DNA from: Squalus acanthias
Taxonomy: Eukaryota
Reading direction: 5' to 3'
Length of the DNA stretch: 64,000 bases
Assembly: GCA_030390025.1 (NCBI GenBank)
Contig: CM059447.1
Location: forward strand, 46,624,001 to 46,688,000
Part shown: one piece after another, positions 35,701-48,924 of the stretch
Layout: each line of letters opens with the position of its first letter
Position numbering within the stretch: the stretch's first letter is position 1
Position numbers and translations under genes: made by a program
The notes under the pieces: generated by a model
Told to the model about the DNA's origin: nothing
What the model saw: the letters and a program-made list of their open reading frames with translations, nothing else
Databases searched by the model: none

Positions 35701-38700
35701 AGATACAGAGTAAAGCTCCCTCTACACTGTCCCCATCAAACACTCCCAGGGCAGGTACAGCACGGGTTAGATACAGAGTAAAGCTCCCTCTACACTGTCC
35801 CCATCAAACACTCCGGGGCAGGTACAGCACGGGTTAGATACAGAGTAAAGCTCCCCCTGCACTGTCCCTTCAAACACTCCCATGGCAGGTACAGCACGGG
35901 TTAGATACAGAGTAAAGCTCCCTCTACACTGTCCCATCAAACACTCCCAGGGCAGGTACAGCACGGGTTAGATACAGAGTAAAGCTCCCTCCACACTGTC
36001 TCATCAAACACTCCCAGGGCAGGTACTGCACGGGTTAGATACAGAGTAAAGCGCCCTCTACACTGTCCCTTCAAACACTCCCAGGGCAGGTACAGCACGG
36101 GTTAGATACAGAGTAAAGCTCCCTCTACACTGTCCCATCAAACACTCCCAGGGCAGGTACAGCACGGGTTAGATACAGAGTAAATCTCCCGCTACACTGT
36201 CCCCATCAAACACTCCCAGGGCAGGTACAGCACGGGTTAGATATAGCGTAAAGCTCCCTCCACACTGTCCCATCAAGCACTCCCAGGGCAGGTACAGCAC
36301 GGGTTAGATACAGAGTAAAGCTCCCTCTACACTGTCCCATCAAACACTCCCAGGGCAGGTACAGCACGGGTTAGATACAGAGTAAAGCTCCCTCTACACT
36401 GTCCCATGAAACACTCCCAGGGCAGGTACAGCACGGGTTAGATACAGAGTAAAGCTCCCTCCACACCGTCCCCCATCAAACACTCCCAGGGCAGGTACAG
36501 CACGGGTTAGATACAGAGTAAAGCTCCCTCTACACCGTCCCATCAAACACTCCCGGGGCAGGTACAGCACGGGTTAGATACAGAGTAAAGCTCCCTCTAC
36601 ACTGTCCCCATCAAACACTCCCAGGGCAGATACAGCACGGGTTAGATACAGAGTAAAGTACCCTCTACACTGTCCCCATGAAACACTCCGGGGCAGGTAC
36701 AGCACGGGTTAGATACAGAGTAAAGCTCCCCCTACACTGGCCCTTCAAACACTCCCAGGGCAGGTACAGCACGGGTTAGATACAGAGTAAAGCTCCCTCT
36801 ACACTGTCCCCATCAAACACTCCCAGGGCAGGTACAGCACGGGTTAGATACAGAGTAAAGCTCCCTCTACACTGTCCCCATCAAACACTCCCAGGGCAGG
36901 TACAGCACGGGTTAGATACAGAGTAAAGCTCCCTCTACACTGTCCCCATCAAACACTCCGGGGCAGGTACAGCACGGGTTAGATACAGAGTAAAGCTCCC
37001 CCTGCACTGTCCCTTCAAACACTCCCATGGCAGGTACAGCACGGGTTAGATACAGAGTAAAGCTCCCTCTACACTGTCCCATCAAACACTCCCAGGGCAG
37101 GTACAGCACGGGTTAGATACAGAGTAAAGCTCCCTCCACACTGTCTCATCAAACACTCCCAGGGCAGGTACTGCACGGGTTAGATACAGAGTAAAGCGCC
37201 CTCTACACTGTCCCTTCAAACACTCCCAGGGCAGGTACAGCACGGGTTAGATACAGAGTAAAGCTCCCTCTACACTGTCCCATCAAACACTCCCAGGGCA
37301 GGTACAGCACGGGTTAGATACAGAGTAAATCTCCCGCTACACTGTCCCCATCAAACACTCCCAGGGCAGGTACAGCACGGGTTAGATATAGCGTAAAGCT
37401 CCCTCCACACTGTCCCATCAAGCACTCCCAGGGCAGGTACAGCACGGGTTAGATACAGAGTAAAGCTCCCTCTACACTGTCCCATCAAACACTCCCAGGG
37501 CAGGTACAGCACGGGTTAGATACAGAGTAAAGCTCCCTCTACACTGTCCCCATCAAACACTCCCAGGGCAGGTACAGCACGGGTTAGATACAGAGTAAAG
37601 CTCCCTCCACACCGTCCCCCATCAAACACTCCCAGGGCAGGTACAGCACGGGTTAGATACAGAGTAAAGCTCCCTCTACACCGTCCCATCAAACACTCCC
37701 GGGGCAGGTACAGCACGGGTTAGATACAGAGTAAAGCTCCCTCTACACTGTCCCCATCAAACACTCCCAGGGCAGATACAGCACGGGTTAGATACAGAGT
37801 AAAGTACCCTCTACACTGTCCCCATGAAACACTCCGGGGCAGGTACAGCACGGGTTAGATACAGAGTAAAGCTCCCCCTACACTGTCCCTTCAAACACTC
37901 CCAGGGCAGGTACAGCACGGGTTAGATACAGAGTAAAGCTCCCTCTACACTGTCCCCATCAAACACTCCCAGGGCAGGTACAGCACGGGTTAGATACAGA
38001 GTAAAGCTCCCTCTACACTGTCCCCATCAAACACTCCGGGGCAGGTACAGCACGGGTTAGATACAGAGTAAAGCTCCCCCTGCACTGTCCCTTCAAACAC
38101 TCCCATGGCAGGTACAGCACGGGTTAGATACAGAGTAAAGCTCCCTCTACACTGTCCCATCAAACACTCCCAGGGCAGGTACAGCACGGGTTAGATACAG
38201 AGTAAAGCTCCCTCCACACTGTCTCATCAAACACTCCCAGGGCAGGTACTGCACGGGTTAGATACAGAGTAAAGCGCCCTCTACACTGTCCCTTCAAACA
38301 CTCCCAGGGCAGGTACAGCACGGGTTAGATACAGAGTAAAGCTCCCTCTACACTGTCCCATCAAACACTCCCAGGGCAGGTACAGCACGGGTTAGATACA
38401 GAGTAAATCTCCCGCTACACTGTCCCCATCAAACACTCCCAGGGCAGGTACAGCACGGGTTAGATATAGCGTAAAGCTCCCTCCACACTGTCCCATCAAG
38501 CACTCCCAGGGCAGGTACAGCACGGGTTAGATACAGAGTAAAGCTCCCTCTACACTGTCCCATCAAACACTCCCAGGGCAGGTACAGCACGGGTTAGATA
38601 CAGAGTAAAGCTCCCTCTACACTGTCCCCATCAAACACTCCCAGGGCAGGTACAGCACGGGTTAGATACAGAGTAAAGCTCCCTCTACACTGTCCCATCA

Positions 38701-39784
38701 AACACTCCCAGGGCAGGTACAGCACGGGTTAGATACAGAGTAAAGCTCCCTCCACACCGTCCCCCATCAAACACTCCCGGGGCAGGTACAGCACGGGTTA
38801 GATACAGAGTAAAGCTCCCTCTACACCGTCCCATCAAACACTCCCGGGGCAGGTACAGCACGGGTTAGATACAGAGTAAAGCTCCCTCTACACTGTCCCA
38901 TCAAACACTCCCAGGGCAGGTATAGCACGGGTTAGATACCGATTAAAGCTCCCTCTACACTGTCCCCATCAAACACTCCCAGGGCAGGTACAGCACGGGT
39001 TAGATACAGAGTAAAGCTCGCTCTACACTTTCCCCATCAAACACTCCCAGGGCAGGTACAGCACGGGTTAGATACAGAGTAAAGCTCCCTCTACACTGTC
39101 CCCATCAAACACTCCCAGGGCAGGTACAGCACGGGTTAGATACAGAATAAAGCTCCCTCTACACTGTCCCATCAAACACTCCCAGGGCAGGTACAGCAAG
39201 GGTTAGATTCAGAGTAAAGCTCCCTCTACACTGTCCCATCAAACACTCCCAGGGCAGGTACAGCACAGGTTAGATAAAGAGTAAAGCTCCCTCTACACTG
39301 TCCCCATCAAACACTCCCAGGGCAGGTACAGCACGGGTTAGATACAGAGTAAAGCTCCCCCTACACTGTCCCTTCAAACACTCCCAGGGCAGGTACAGCA
39401 CGGGTTAGATACAGAGTAAAGCTCCCTCTACACTCTCCCATCAAACACTCCCAGGGCAGGTACAGCACGGGTTAGATACAGAGTAAAGCTCCTTCCACAC
39501 TGTCCCATCAAACACTCCCAGGGCAGGTACTGCACGGGTTAGATACAGAGTAAAGCTCCTTCTACACTGTCCCCATCAAACACTCCCAGGGCAGGTACAG
39601 CACGGGTTAGATACAGAGTAAAGCTCCCTCTACACTGTCCCATCAAACATTCCCAGGGCAGGTACAGCACGGGTTAGATACAGAGTAAAGCTCCCTCTAC
39701 ACTGTCCCATCAAACACTCCCAGGGCAGGTACAGCACGGGTTAGATACAGAGTAAAGCTCCCTCTACACTGTCCCATCAAACAT

Positions 39785-42029
39785 CAAACCAACCGCAACA
39801 TTGTCATCAAACCAGCGGACAAAGGAGGAGCCATCGTCATACAGAACAGAACGGACTATTGTAAAGAAGCATACCGACAACTGGACAACCAGGAACACTA
39901 CAGACAGCTACCCGCAGATCCGACCAAAGAACACACCCGCCAACTCAATAGACTGATCAAGACCTTCGATCCAGACCTTCAAAACATCCTACGCGCTCTC
40001 ATCCCACGTACTCCCCGCGTGGGAGACTTCTACTGCCTCCCAAAGATACACAAAGCCAACACACCCGGATGTCCTATCGTATCAGGCAATGGAACCCTGT
40101 GTGAGAACCTCTCTGGATACGTCGAGGGCATTCTGAAACCCATCGTACAGGGAACCCCCAGCTTCTGTCGCGACACTACAGACTTCTTACAGAAACTCAG
40201 CACCCACGGACCAGTTGAACCAGGAACACTCCTTGCCACGATGGACGTATCGGCACTCTACACCAGTATCCCCCACGATGACGGCATCGCTGCAACAGCC
40301 TCAGTACTCAACATCAACAACAGCCAATCTCCAGACGCCATCCTACAACTCATCCGCTTCATCCTTGACCACAATGTCTTCACCTTCGACAACCATTTTT
40401 TTACCCAAACACACGGAACAGCCATGGGGACCAAATTCGCACCCCAATACGCCAACATCTTCATGCACAAGTTCGAGCAAGTCTTCTTCGCTGCACAGGA
40501 CCTCCAGCCAACGCTGTACACCAGATACATCGACGACATTTTCTTCCTTTGGACCCATGGCGAAGGATCACTGAAAAGACTACACGATAACATAAACAAG
40601 TTCCATCCCACCATCAAACTCACCATGGACTACTCCTCAGAATCGGTCTCATTCCTGGACACACGAATCTCCATCAAAGACGGACACCTCAGCACTTCAC
40701 TCTACCGCAAGCCCACGGACAACCTCACGATGCTCCACTTCTCCAGCTTCCACCCTAACCATGTTAAAGAAGCCATCCCCTATGGACAAGCCCTGCGAAT
40801 ACACAGGATCTGCTCAGACGAGGAGGAACGCGATGGACACCTACGGACGCTGAAAAACGCCCTCGTAAGAACGGGATATGACGCTCGACTCATCGATCGA
40901 CAGTTCCGACGGGCCACAGCGAAAAATCGCATAGACCTCCTCAGAAGGCAAACACGGGACACAACCAACAGGGTACCCTACGTCGTCCAGTACTTCCCCG
41001 GAGCGGAGAAACTACGCCATGTTCTTCGCAGCCTTCAACATGTCATCGATGACGACAAACACCTCGCTAAGGCCATCCCCACGCCTCCACTACTTGCCTT
41101 CAAACAGCCGCCTAACCTCAGAAGTACCATCGTTCGCAGCAAATTACCCAGCTTTCAGGATAACAGCGACCACGACACCACACAACCCTGCCATGGCAAA
41201 CTCTGCAAGACATGCCAGATCATCAACACAGATACCACCATCACACGTGAGGACACTACCCACCAGGTACATGGTACATACTCATGTGACTCGGCCAACG
41301 TTGTCTACCTCATACGTTGCAGGAAAGAATGCACCGCGGCATGGTACATCGGCGAGACCATGCAGACACTGAGACAACGTATGAACGAGCACCGCGCAAC
41401 AATCGCCAGGCAGGATTGTTACCTCCCAGTCGGGGAACACTTCAGCAGTCAAGGACATTCAGCCTCGGATCTGCGGGTAAGCGTTCTCCAAGGCAACCTT
41501 AGAAACACACGACAACGCAAAATCATCGAGCAGAAACTGATAGCCAAGTTCCGCACTCATGAAGACGGTCTCAATCGGGATCTTGGGTTTATGTCACGAT
41601 ACATGACGTGATCCAGACTCGAGTCGTCGTTAGCTTGTTCACAGATGTGATTCCCAGTAAAAAAGTAAAAATTTTCCCAGTAAAAAAGTAAAAATTTTAA
41701 AGCTTTTCGTTTTACATACAGACGGCAGCTTTTGACACGTTAGAACCCCTGCGACTACACCTCATTGTCTCAGTTGTATCTTGCTATGTCTTTGATGTGG
41801 TACCTTCCTGGCTGACTTAATTAACTTTATCACACCTCGGCAGATAGTCAGGATGATTTAATTTAGTGGTCTGCAATTGTAAGGTACACATGCTTTGTTT
41901 TCTATCTATATATTCTGTATCTAATTTACTTCACCTGAGGAAGGAGCAATCGATAGCTCCAAAAGCTTGTGATTTCAAATAAAACTGTTGGACTATAACC
42001 TGGTGTTGTGCGACCTCTCAATTTTGTCC
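39785..42029 (+). mobile_element. Penelope-like retroelement, 5'-truncated, with RT + GIY-YIG ORF (open 39788-41611)
   Basis: IKPADKGG, LPKIHK, MDVSALYT, GTAMG and RYIDDIF RT motifs; C-terminal NVVYLIRC...YIGET...RQRMNEH GIY-YIG domain; 3' pLTR-like tail. Confidence 0.95.
41931..41972 (+). ncRNA. Hammerhead motif with core mutation (GAAA to AAAA)
   Basis: TCAC-CTGAGGA-A-GGAGC(AATCGATA)GCTCC-AAAA-GCTT-GTGA. Confidence 0.6.
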
Positions 42030-42610
42030 ATCAAACACTCCCAGGGCAGGTACAGCACGGGGTTAGATACAGAGTAAAGCTCCCTCTACACTGTCCCATC
42101 AAACACTCCCAGGGCAGGTACAGCATGGGTTAGATACAGAGTAAAGCTCCCTCTACACTGTCCCATCAAACACTCCCAGGGCAGGTACAGCACAGGTTAG
42201 ATACAGAGTAAAGCTCCCTCCACACCATCCCCATCAAACACTCCCAGGGCAGGTACAGCACGGGTTAGATACAGAGTAAAGCTCCCTCTACACCGTCCCC
42301 ATCAAACACTCCCAGGGCAGGTACAGCACGGGTTAGATAGAGAGTAAAGCTCCCTCTACACCATCCCATCAAACACTCCCGGGGCAGGTACAGCACGGGT
42401 TAGATACAGAGTAAAGCTCCCTCTACACTGTCCCCATCAAACACTCCCAGGGCAGGTACAGCACGGGGTTAGATACAGAGTAAAGCTCCCTCTACACTGT
42501 CCCGTCAAACACTCCCAGGGCAGGTACAGCACGGGTTAGATACAGAGTAAAGCTCCCTCTACTCTCTCCCCATCAAACACTCCCAGGGCAGGTACAGCAC
42601 GGGTTAGATA

Positions 42611-43039
42611 CATAGAAACATAGAAACATAGAATCTAGGAGCAGGAGAAGGCCATTTGGCCCGTCGAGCCTGCTCCGCCATTCAATACGATCATGGCTGA
42701 TCATCCAAATCCAGTACCCTGTCCCCGCTCCAATCCCCACAGTACACATATCCCACCCCACCCCCATAACCCCACGTATTTAATTCCCCCTAACATATCC
42801 CATCCTATCCCCATAACCCCACATATTTAATCCCCCCTAACACTAAGGGTCAATTTATCATAGCCAAATCAACCTAACCCACACATTTTTGGACTGTGGG
42901 AGGAAACCGGAGCACCCGGAGGAAACCCACGCAGACACGGGGAGAATGTGCAAACTCCACACAGACAGTCACCCGAGGTCAGATTCGAACCCGGGTCTCT
43001 GGCGCTGTGAGACACCAGTGCTAACCACTATGCCACCGT
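42611..43039 (-). mobile_element. HE1-like V-SINE
   Basis: tRNA-type head with B box GGTTCGAATC, V-domain (GTGGAGTTTGCACATTCTCCCCGTGTCTGCGTGGGTTTCCTCCGGGTGCTCCGGTTTCCTCCCAC) and a CR1-type 3' tail (CATAGAAA)n. Confidence 0.88.
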
Positions 43040-44289
43040 AAAGCTCCCTCTACACTGTCCCATCAAACACTCCCAGGGCAGGTACAGCACGGGTTAGATA
43101 CAGAGTAAAGCTCCCTCTACACTGTCCCCATCAAACACTCCCAGGGCAGGTACAGCATGGGTTAGATACAGACTAAAGCTCCCTCTACACTGTCCCATCA
43201 AACACTCCCAGGGCAGGTACAGTACGGGTTAGATACAGAGTAAAGCTCCCTCTAAACTGTCCCCATCAAACACTCCCAGGGCAGGTACAGCATGGGTTAG
43301 ATACAGAGTAAAGCTCCCTCTACACTGTCCCCATCAAACTCTCCCAGGGCAGGTACAGCACGGGTTAGATACAGAGTAAAGCTCCCTCTACACTGTCCCA
43401 TCAAACACTCCCAGGGCAGGTACAGTACGGGTTAGCTACAGAGTAAAGCTCCCTCTACACTGTCCCATCAAACACTCCCAGGGCAGGTACAGCACGGGTT
43501 AGATACAGAGTAAAGCTCCCTCTACACTGTCCCATCAAACACTCCCAGGGCAGGTACAGCACGGGTTAGATACAGAGTAAAGCTCCCTCTACACTGTCCC
43601 CATCAAACACTCCCAGGGCAGGTACAGCACAGGTTAGATACAGAGTAAAGCTCCCCCTACACTGTCCCATCAAACACTCCCAGGGCAGGTACAGCACGGG
43701 TTAGATACAGAGTAAAGCTCCCTCTACACTGTCCCATCAAACACTCCCAGGGCAGGTACAGCACAGGTTAGATACAGAGTAAAGCTCCCCCTACACTGTC
43801 CCATCAAACACTCCCAGGGCAGGTACAGCACGGGTTAGATACAGAGTAAAGCTCCCTCTACACTGTCCCATCAAACACTCCCAGGGCAGGTACAGTACGG
43901 GTTAGCTACAGAGTAAAGCTCCCTCTACACTGTCCCATCAAACACTCCCAGGGCAGGTACAGCACGGGTTAGATACAGAGTAAAGCTCCCTCTACACTGT
44001 CCCATCAAACACTCCCAGGGCAGGTACAGCACGGGTTAGATACAGAGTAAAGCTCACTCTACACTGTCCCCATCAAACACTCCCAGGGCAGGTACAGCAC
44101 AGGTTAGATACAGAGTAAAGCTCCCCCTACACTGTCCCATCAAACACTCCCAGGGCAGGTACAGCACGGGTTAGATACAGAGTAAAGCTCCCTCTACACT
44201 GTCCCATCAAACACTCCCAGGGCAGGTACAGCACAGGTTAGATACAGAGTAAAGCTCCCTCTACACTGTCCCCATCAAACACTCTTCTG

Positions 44290-45000
44290 TCCTCGGTGAT
44301 GCACAGCAGTTCGCGTTCTCAGCCTGAAAGGGACCGGCCCCGTTGAACACTATTGCCCGCCAGCAGCAGAATAATACGCTGCGTGCGATATGCCACGGCC
44401 CCTGTACATGTAAACGCTGCATCATCCAAGCAACCGGGAGCAATGCCACGGGAGGTGCTGGCGGTGGTGGTTGAACTCCGATCTGACGTCTTGACCCCGT
44501 GCCTCCGCTGGTGAACGGCATCGAGGCAGTCCACGTGCCCCATGTCGGCGGCAGAATTCGAGCTCCCAAAGACCCAGCGCTACAAGGACTGGCTGCCCGG
44601 TCGGGGGCAGCGGTAGGAGGAGGAGGAGGTGGAGGAGGAACGGGCGGGAGAGGGCGCCGGAGGGGGCAAAGCTGGCCGCGGGACCCGGACTCCGCGAGTC
44701 CACGCTCGTCGCCCCAGCTCCGCATGTCGCTGGGACTCGCACGGGTCGGGAAGGTGTGTGTGCGTCCCGTGTACCCACCGTTAACGCGCGCGGGCTGCGG
44801 ACGCAACGTGAACGCCGCCGGACCCGAGTTGTCAGTCAAGGTGACGTATCGTGTGACGTGTGGAGATGCGCGCACAATAAAAATTTCCTCCCGCGAATCC
44901 CCCCCCGGTTCCGGTTCCGCAACCCCCCAGTGATGTTGGAGAGTGTCCGTAATAGGGCTGTTCAGCCATGGGGGGAAGCCCGATCGTGTCCACGCGCACT
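44290..45000. promoter_or_regulatory. CpG-rich island, promoter-like
   Basis: High CpG density; TGACGT at 44842 and 44854; TGCGCGCA at 44867; TTCCGG at 44909. Confidence 0.45.
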
Positions 45001-45029
45001 TGCATGTGATCAGGGTCAGAAACTGGACA

Positions 45030-45222
45030 GGAGTGAATCGTTCCCTTTTACCTACTGTGTGTACTGTACATGTACAGGAGCCGACACTGAGACACACACA
45101 CGGGCCGTACAGTACCAGACGGGAGTGAATCGTTCCCTTTTACCCACTGTGTACTGTACACGTACAGGAGCTGACACTGAGACACACACACGGGCCGTAC
45201 AGTACCAGACGGGAGTGAATCG
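45030..45222. repeat. Two tandem copies of a 90-92-bp unit
   Basis: GAGTGAATCG recurs at 45031, 45123 and 45213. Confidence 0.85.
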
Positions 45223-45819
45223 TCTGTGCAACCTGTCCTCATAATGTAACCCTCTAAGCCCCGGTTTCATTCTGACAGCGGGTTGTCCAAAAGTGCAGAC
45301 TGTACGCACAGGCCATCCAGCCCCTCGAGCCTGTTCCGCCATTAACAGTTCATCAGATTCCCAAGCTACGACCTGACTGAGGCCCGGTACAGAATGGCCC
45401 ATCCTCCTCGCGTGGTACTTGGCGCCTCTCTCTACAAAACCCCATGGGGGAGGCGACGGAGGATGATCTGGGGTCCGGAACCCCAGCGAGTGCCGACGTC
45501 TTCAGGGGAGAAAAGGTTAAGACGAAAAAAGAGAGAGAGAGGGGCTCCAAATCCGGAAGACATGGACAGTTCAGTTCAGCTCAAGGGAGCATTCTTCTCG
45601 AACGCAAAGCCCGAGATGATCAATTCAAAAAAAAATCCTCGCACGTGAAAGTGAAACATAGATGGTTTAATTAAAGGGTAGCGAATGAATGGAGGTTGCC
45701 CTTGCTTGTCTGGTGCAGGAGTCGAGACAGGACAGATTAGCAGCGTGGTTCATGAACGGTGATTCCAGGATTTGAACAAGCAGGTACACTAACAAGCAAC
45801 AACAACTTATATTTATGAT

Positions 45820-46083
45820 GTGGAGATGCCGGTGTTGGACTGGGGTGGACAAAAGTGAGAAGTCGCACAACACCAGGTTATAGTCCAACAGCTTTATTTG
45901 AAATCACAAGCTTTCGGAAAGCTTTCGAAAGATTAACTGTAATCACCTGGCAGTGTTCTCTGACTATATATGCTGTGCCTATATGCATCTCTTCACTTCA
46001 CCTGACGAAGGAGCAGCGCTCCGAAAGCTTGTGATTTCAAATAAAGCTGTTGGACTATAACCTGGTGTTGTGCGACTTCTCAA
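45820..46083. mobile_element. Penelope-like pLTR fragment forming a 62-63-bp inverted repeat
   Basis: 45857-45918 is the reverse complement of about 46020-46082; sequence matches 13196-13350. Confidence 0.85.
45998..46034 (+). ncRNA. Minimal hammerhead ribozyme motif
   Basis: TCAC-CTGACGA-A-GGAGC(AGC)GCTCC-GAAA-GCTT-GTGA. Confidence 0.75.
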
Positions 46084-46157
46084 AGTTATATTTACACAGC
46101 ACACCCAACGTAACGACACGTCCTAAGGCGCTTCACAAGAGCGATATCTATAAAAAC

Positions 46158-47272
46158 GAAGGTTCACTAGATTGATTCCTGGGATGAGAGAATCACAGAA
46201 TCATGGAACGGTTACAGCACAGAAGGAGGCCATTCGGTCCATCGAGCCCGTGCCGGCTCTCTGCAAGAGCACTTCAGCTAGTCCCACTACCCCCCTGCCC
46301 TTTCCCCGTAGCCCTGCAAATTTATTTTTCCTTCAGGTACTTATCCAACTCCCTTTTGAAAGCTGTGATTGAATCTGCCTCCACCACCCTTTCAGGCAGT
46401 GCATTCCAGATCCTAATCACTCGCTGTGTAAAAACAGTTTTCCCTCATGTCGCCTTTGGATCTTCTGCCAATCACCTTAAATCTGTGTCCTCTGGTTCAC
46501 GACCCTTCCGCCAATGGGAACAGTTTCTCTCTATCTACTCTGTTCCAGACCCCCTCATGATTTTTAACGCCTCCATCAAATCTCCTCTCAGCCTTCTCTG
46601 CTCTAAGCAGAACAACCCCAGCTTCTCCAGTCTATCCACGTAACTGAAGTCCCTCATCCCCGGAATCATTCTCGTAAATCTTTTTACAGGTTGTCCTATG
46701 ATGAGATGTTGAGTAGAATGGGCCGATACTCTCTGGAGTTAGAAGAATGAGAGGTGATCTCATTGAAACATACAAGATTCTGAGGGGGATTGACAGGGTA
46801 GATGCTGAGAGGTTGTTTCCCCCTGGCTGGAGAGTCCAGAACCAGGGGTCACAGTCTCAGGATAAGGGGTCGGCCATTTAGGACTGAGATGAGGAGGAAT
46901 TTCTTCACTCGGAGGGTGGTGAATCTTTGGAATTCTCTGCCCCAGAGGGCTGTGGATGCTCAGTCGTTGAGTATATTCAAGGCTGAGATCGATAGATTTT
47001 TGGACTCGAGGGATATGGGGATCGGGCGGGAAAGTGGAGTTGAGGTCGAAGATCAGCCATGATCTCATTGAATGGCGGAGCAGGCTCGAGGGGCCGAATG
47101 GCCGACTCCAGCTCCTAATTCTTATGACCCCGAGCCACATCAGGAGATATTAGGGACAGGTGACCAAAAGCTTGGTCACAGAGGTCGGTTTTAAGGAGCG
47201 TCTTAAAGGAGGAGAGCGAGGCGGAGAGGTTTAGGGAGGGAATTCCAGAGCTCGGGGCCCGAGGCAGCTGAA
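46158..47272. mobile_element. Nested CR1 fragments within an L2 tail
   Basis: Plus-strand CR1 46158-47125 interrupted by minus-strand CR1 46190-46683. Confidence 0.8.
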
Positions 47273-47480
47273 GAAATATATATATTGTAAAAATGCCTCT
47301 GCTTTCAGCGAGCGTTTCTTTACACACAGACACTGGGTCAGGGACAGCATTACGCAGGAGCCGCCCGCAATCAGCCGGCAGGCACGACGCGTCGACTTTG
47401 AAGGGCTGCAGCAGTCCGAACGAGCAGGGGGCGGAGCTTCTCGGCCTGTTTTTTCTTCTTCAGAGAGGCGAAGGAAGGCT

Positions 47481-47566
47481 TCATAGAGACAGCAGCAGGA
47501 TCATCAGGAGAGCGCGGGTCACGAGAGACGGTCTGAAGGAGCCCAGGCTCGGAGTGCGGGACGGAG
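47481..47566 (-). CDS. Otoancorin-like gene, last coding exon with GPI-anchor-type hydrophobic tail
   Basis: TTTCCCAG|APSRTPSLGSFRPSLVTRALLMILLLSL*; phase 1 matches the preceding donor. Confidence 0.82.
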
Positions 47567-47644
47567 CTGGGAAATAAAGAGAGAGGCAGGTTATCCCAAC
47601 TGTTCCCACATTTGTTCGGAATTCAGCACCGATTGCAAAGAATG

Positions 47645-48762
47645 ACATAGAATTTACAGCGCAGAAACAGGCCATTCGGCCCATCTGCTCCGTGCCGGTG
47701 TTTCTGCTCCACACCAGCCTCCTCCCAGCCCTCTTCATCTCCCCCCATCAACACATCCTTCGATTCCTTTCTCCCTCATGTGTTTATCAAGCTTCCCCTT
47801 AAATACATCTACACTATTCGCCTCAACCACTCTCTGTGGTAGCGAGTTCCACATTCTCACCACTCTCTGGGTAAAGAAGTTTCTCCTGAATTCCCGGTTG
47901 GATTTATTAGTGACTATCTAATATCGATGGCCCCTAGTTCTGGTCTCCCCCACACAAGTGGAAACATCTTCTCTATGTCTACCCTATCGAACCCCTTCAT
48001 AATCTTAAAGACCTCGATCAGGTCACCCCTCAGCCTTCTCTTTTCTAGAGAAAAGAGCTCCAGCCTGTTCAGTCTTTCCTGATAACCTCTCAGTTCTGGT
48101 ATCATGCTTGTAAATCTTTTTTGCACCTTCTCCAGTGCCTCCATATCCCTTTTATAATATGGAGACCAGAACTGTGCACAGTGCTCCAAGTGTGGTCTAA
48201 CCAAGGTATATGGAGACCAGAACTGTGCACAGTGCTCCAAGTGGGGTCTAACCAAGGTATATGGAGACCAGAACTGTGCGCAGTGCTCCAAGTGTGGTCT
48301 AACCAAGGTATATGGAGACCAGAACTGTGCGCAGTGCTCCAAGTGTGGTCTAACCAAGGTATATGGAGACCAGAACTGTGCGCAGTGCTCCAAGTGGGGT
48401 CTAACCAAGGTATATGGAGACCAGAACTGTGCGCAGTGCTCCAAGTGTGGTCTAACCAAGGTATATGGAGACCAGAACTGTGCACAGTGCTCCAAGTGGG
48501 GTCTAACCAAGGTATATGGAGACCAGAACTGTGCGCAGTGCTCCAAGTGTGGTCTAACCAAGGTATATGGAGACCAGAACTGTGCACAGTGCTCCAAGTG
48601 TGGTCTAACCAAGGTATATGGAGACCAGAACTGTGCACAGTGCTCCAAGTGTGGTCTAACCAAGGTATATGGAGACCAGGACTGTGCACAGTGCTCCAAG
48701 TGCAGTCTAACCAAGGTATATGGAGACCAGGACTGTGCACAGTGCTCCAAGTGTGGTCTGAC
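47645..48762 (-). mobile_element. CR1 3' fragment with about 12 copies of the 51-bp unit
   Basis: Array 48157-48762 in frame with YYKRDMEALEKVQKRFT. Confidence 0.9.
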
Positions 48763-48924
48763 TAAATGAACAAGATTCCAAGTTTGCAAAGGAGTTTCCA
48801 TTTCCGTCACGTTCAGGAAAAGAAAAATAGTGAGAGATCCCATCAACAGGATGAAACAGGCTGAAGGAGGTAAACTCCTTGGAGAAGCTCCTCCTGCCCA
48901 CATCCCCTTAGATGCTACTTTGGT

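Larger units (their letters stand above)
32613..44285. repeat. 67/68-bp minisatellite array interrupted by Penelope and HE1 insertions
   Basis: Unit GGGTTAGATACAGAGTAAAGCTCCCTCTACACTGTCCCATCAAACACTCCCAGGGCAGGTACAGCAC; higher-order periods of about 1078 and 1145 bp. Confidence 0.95.
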
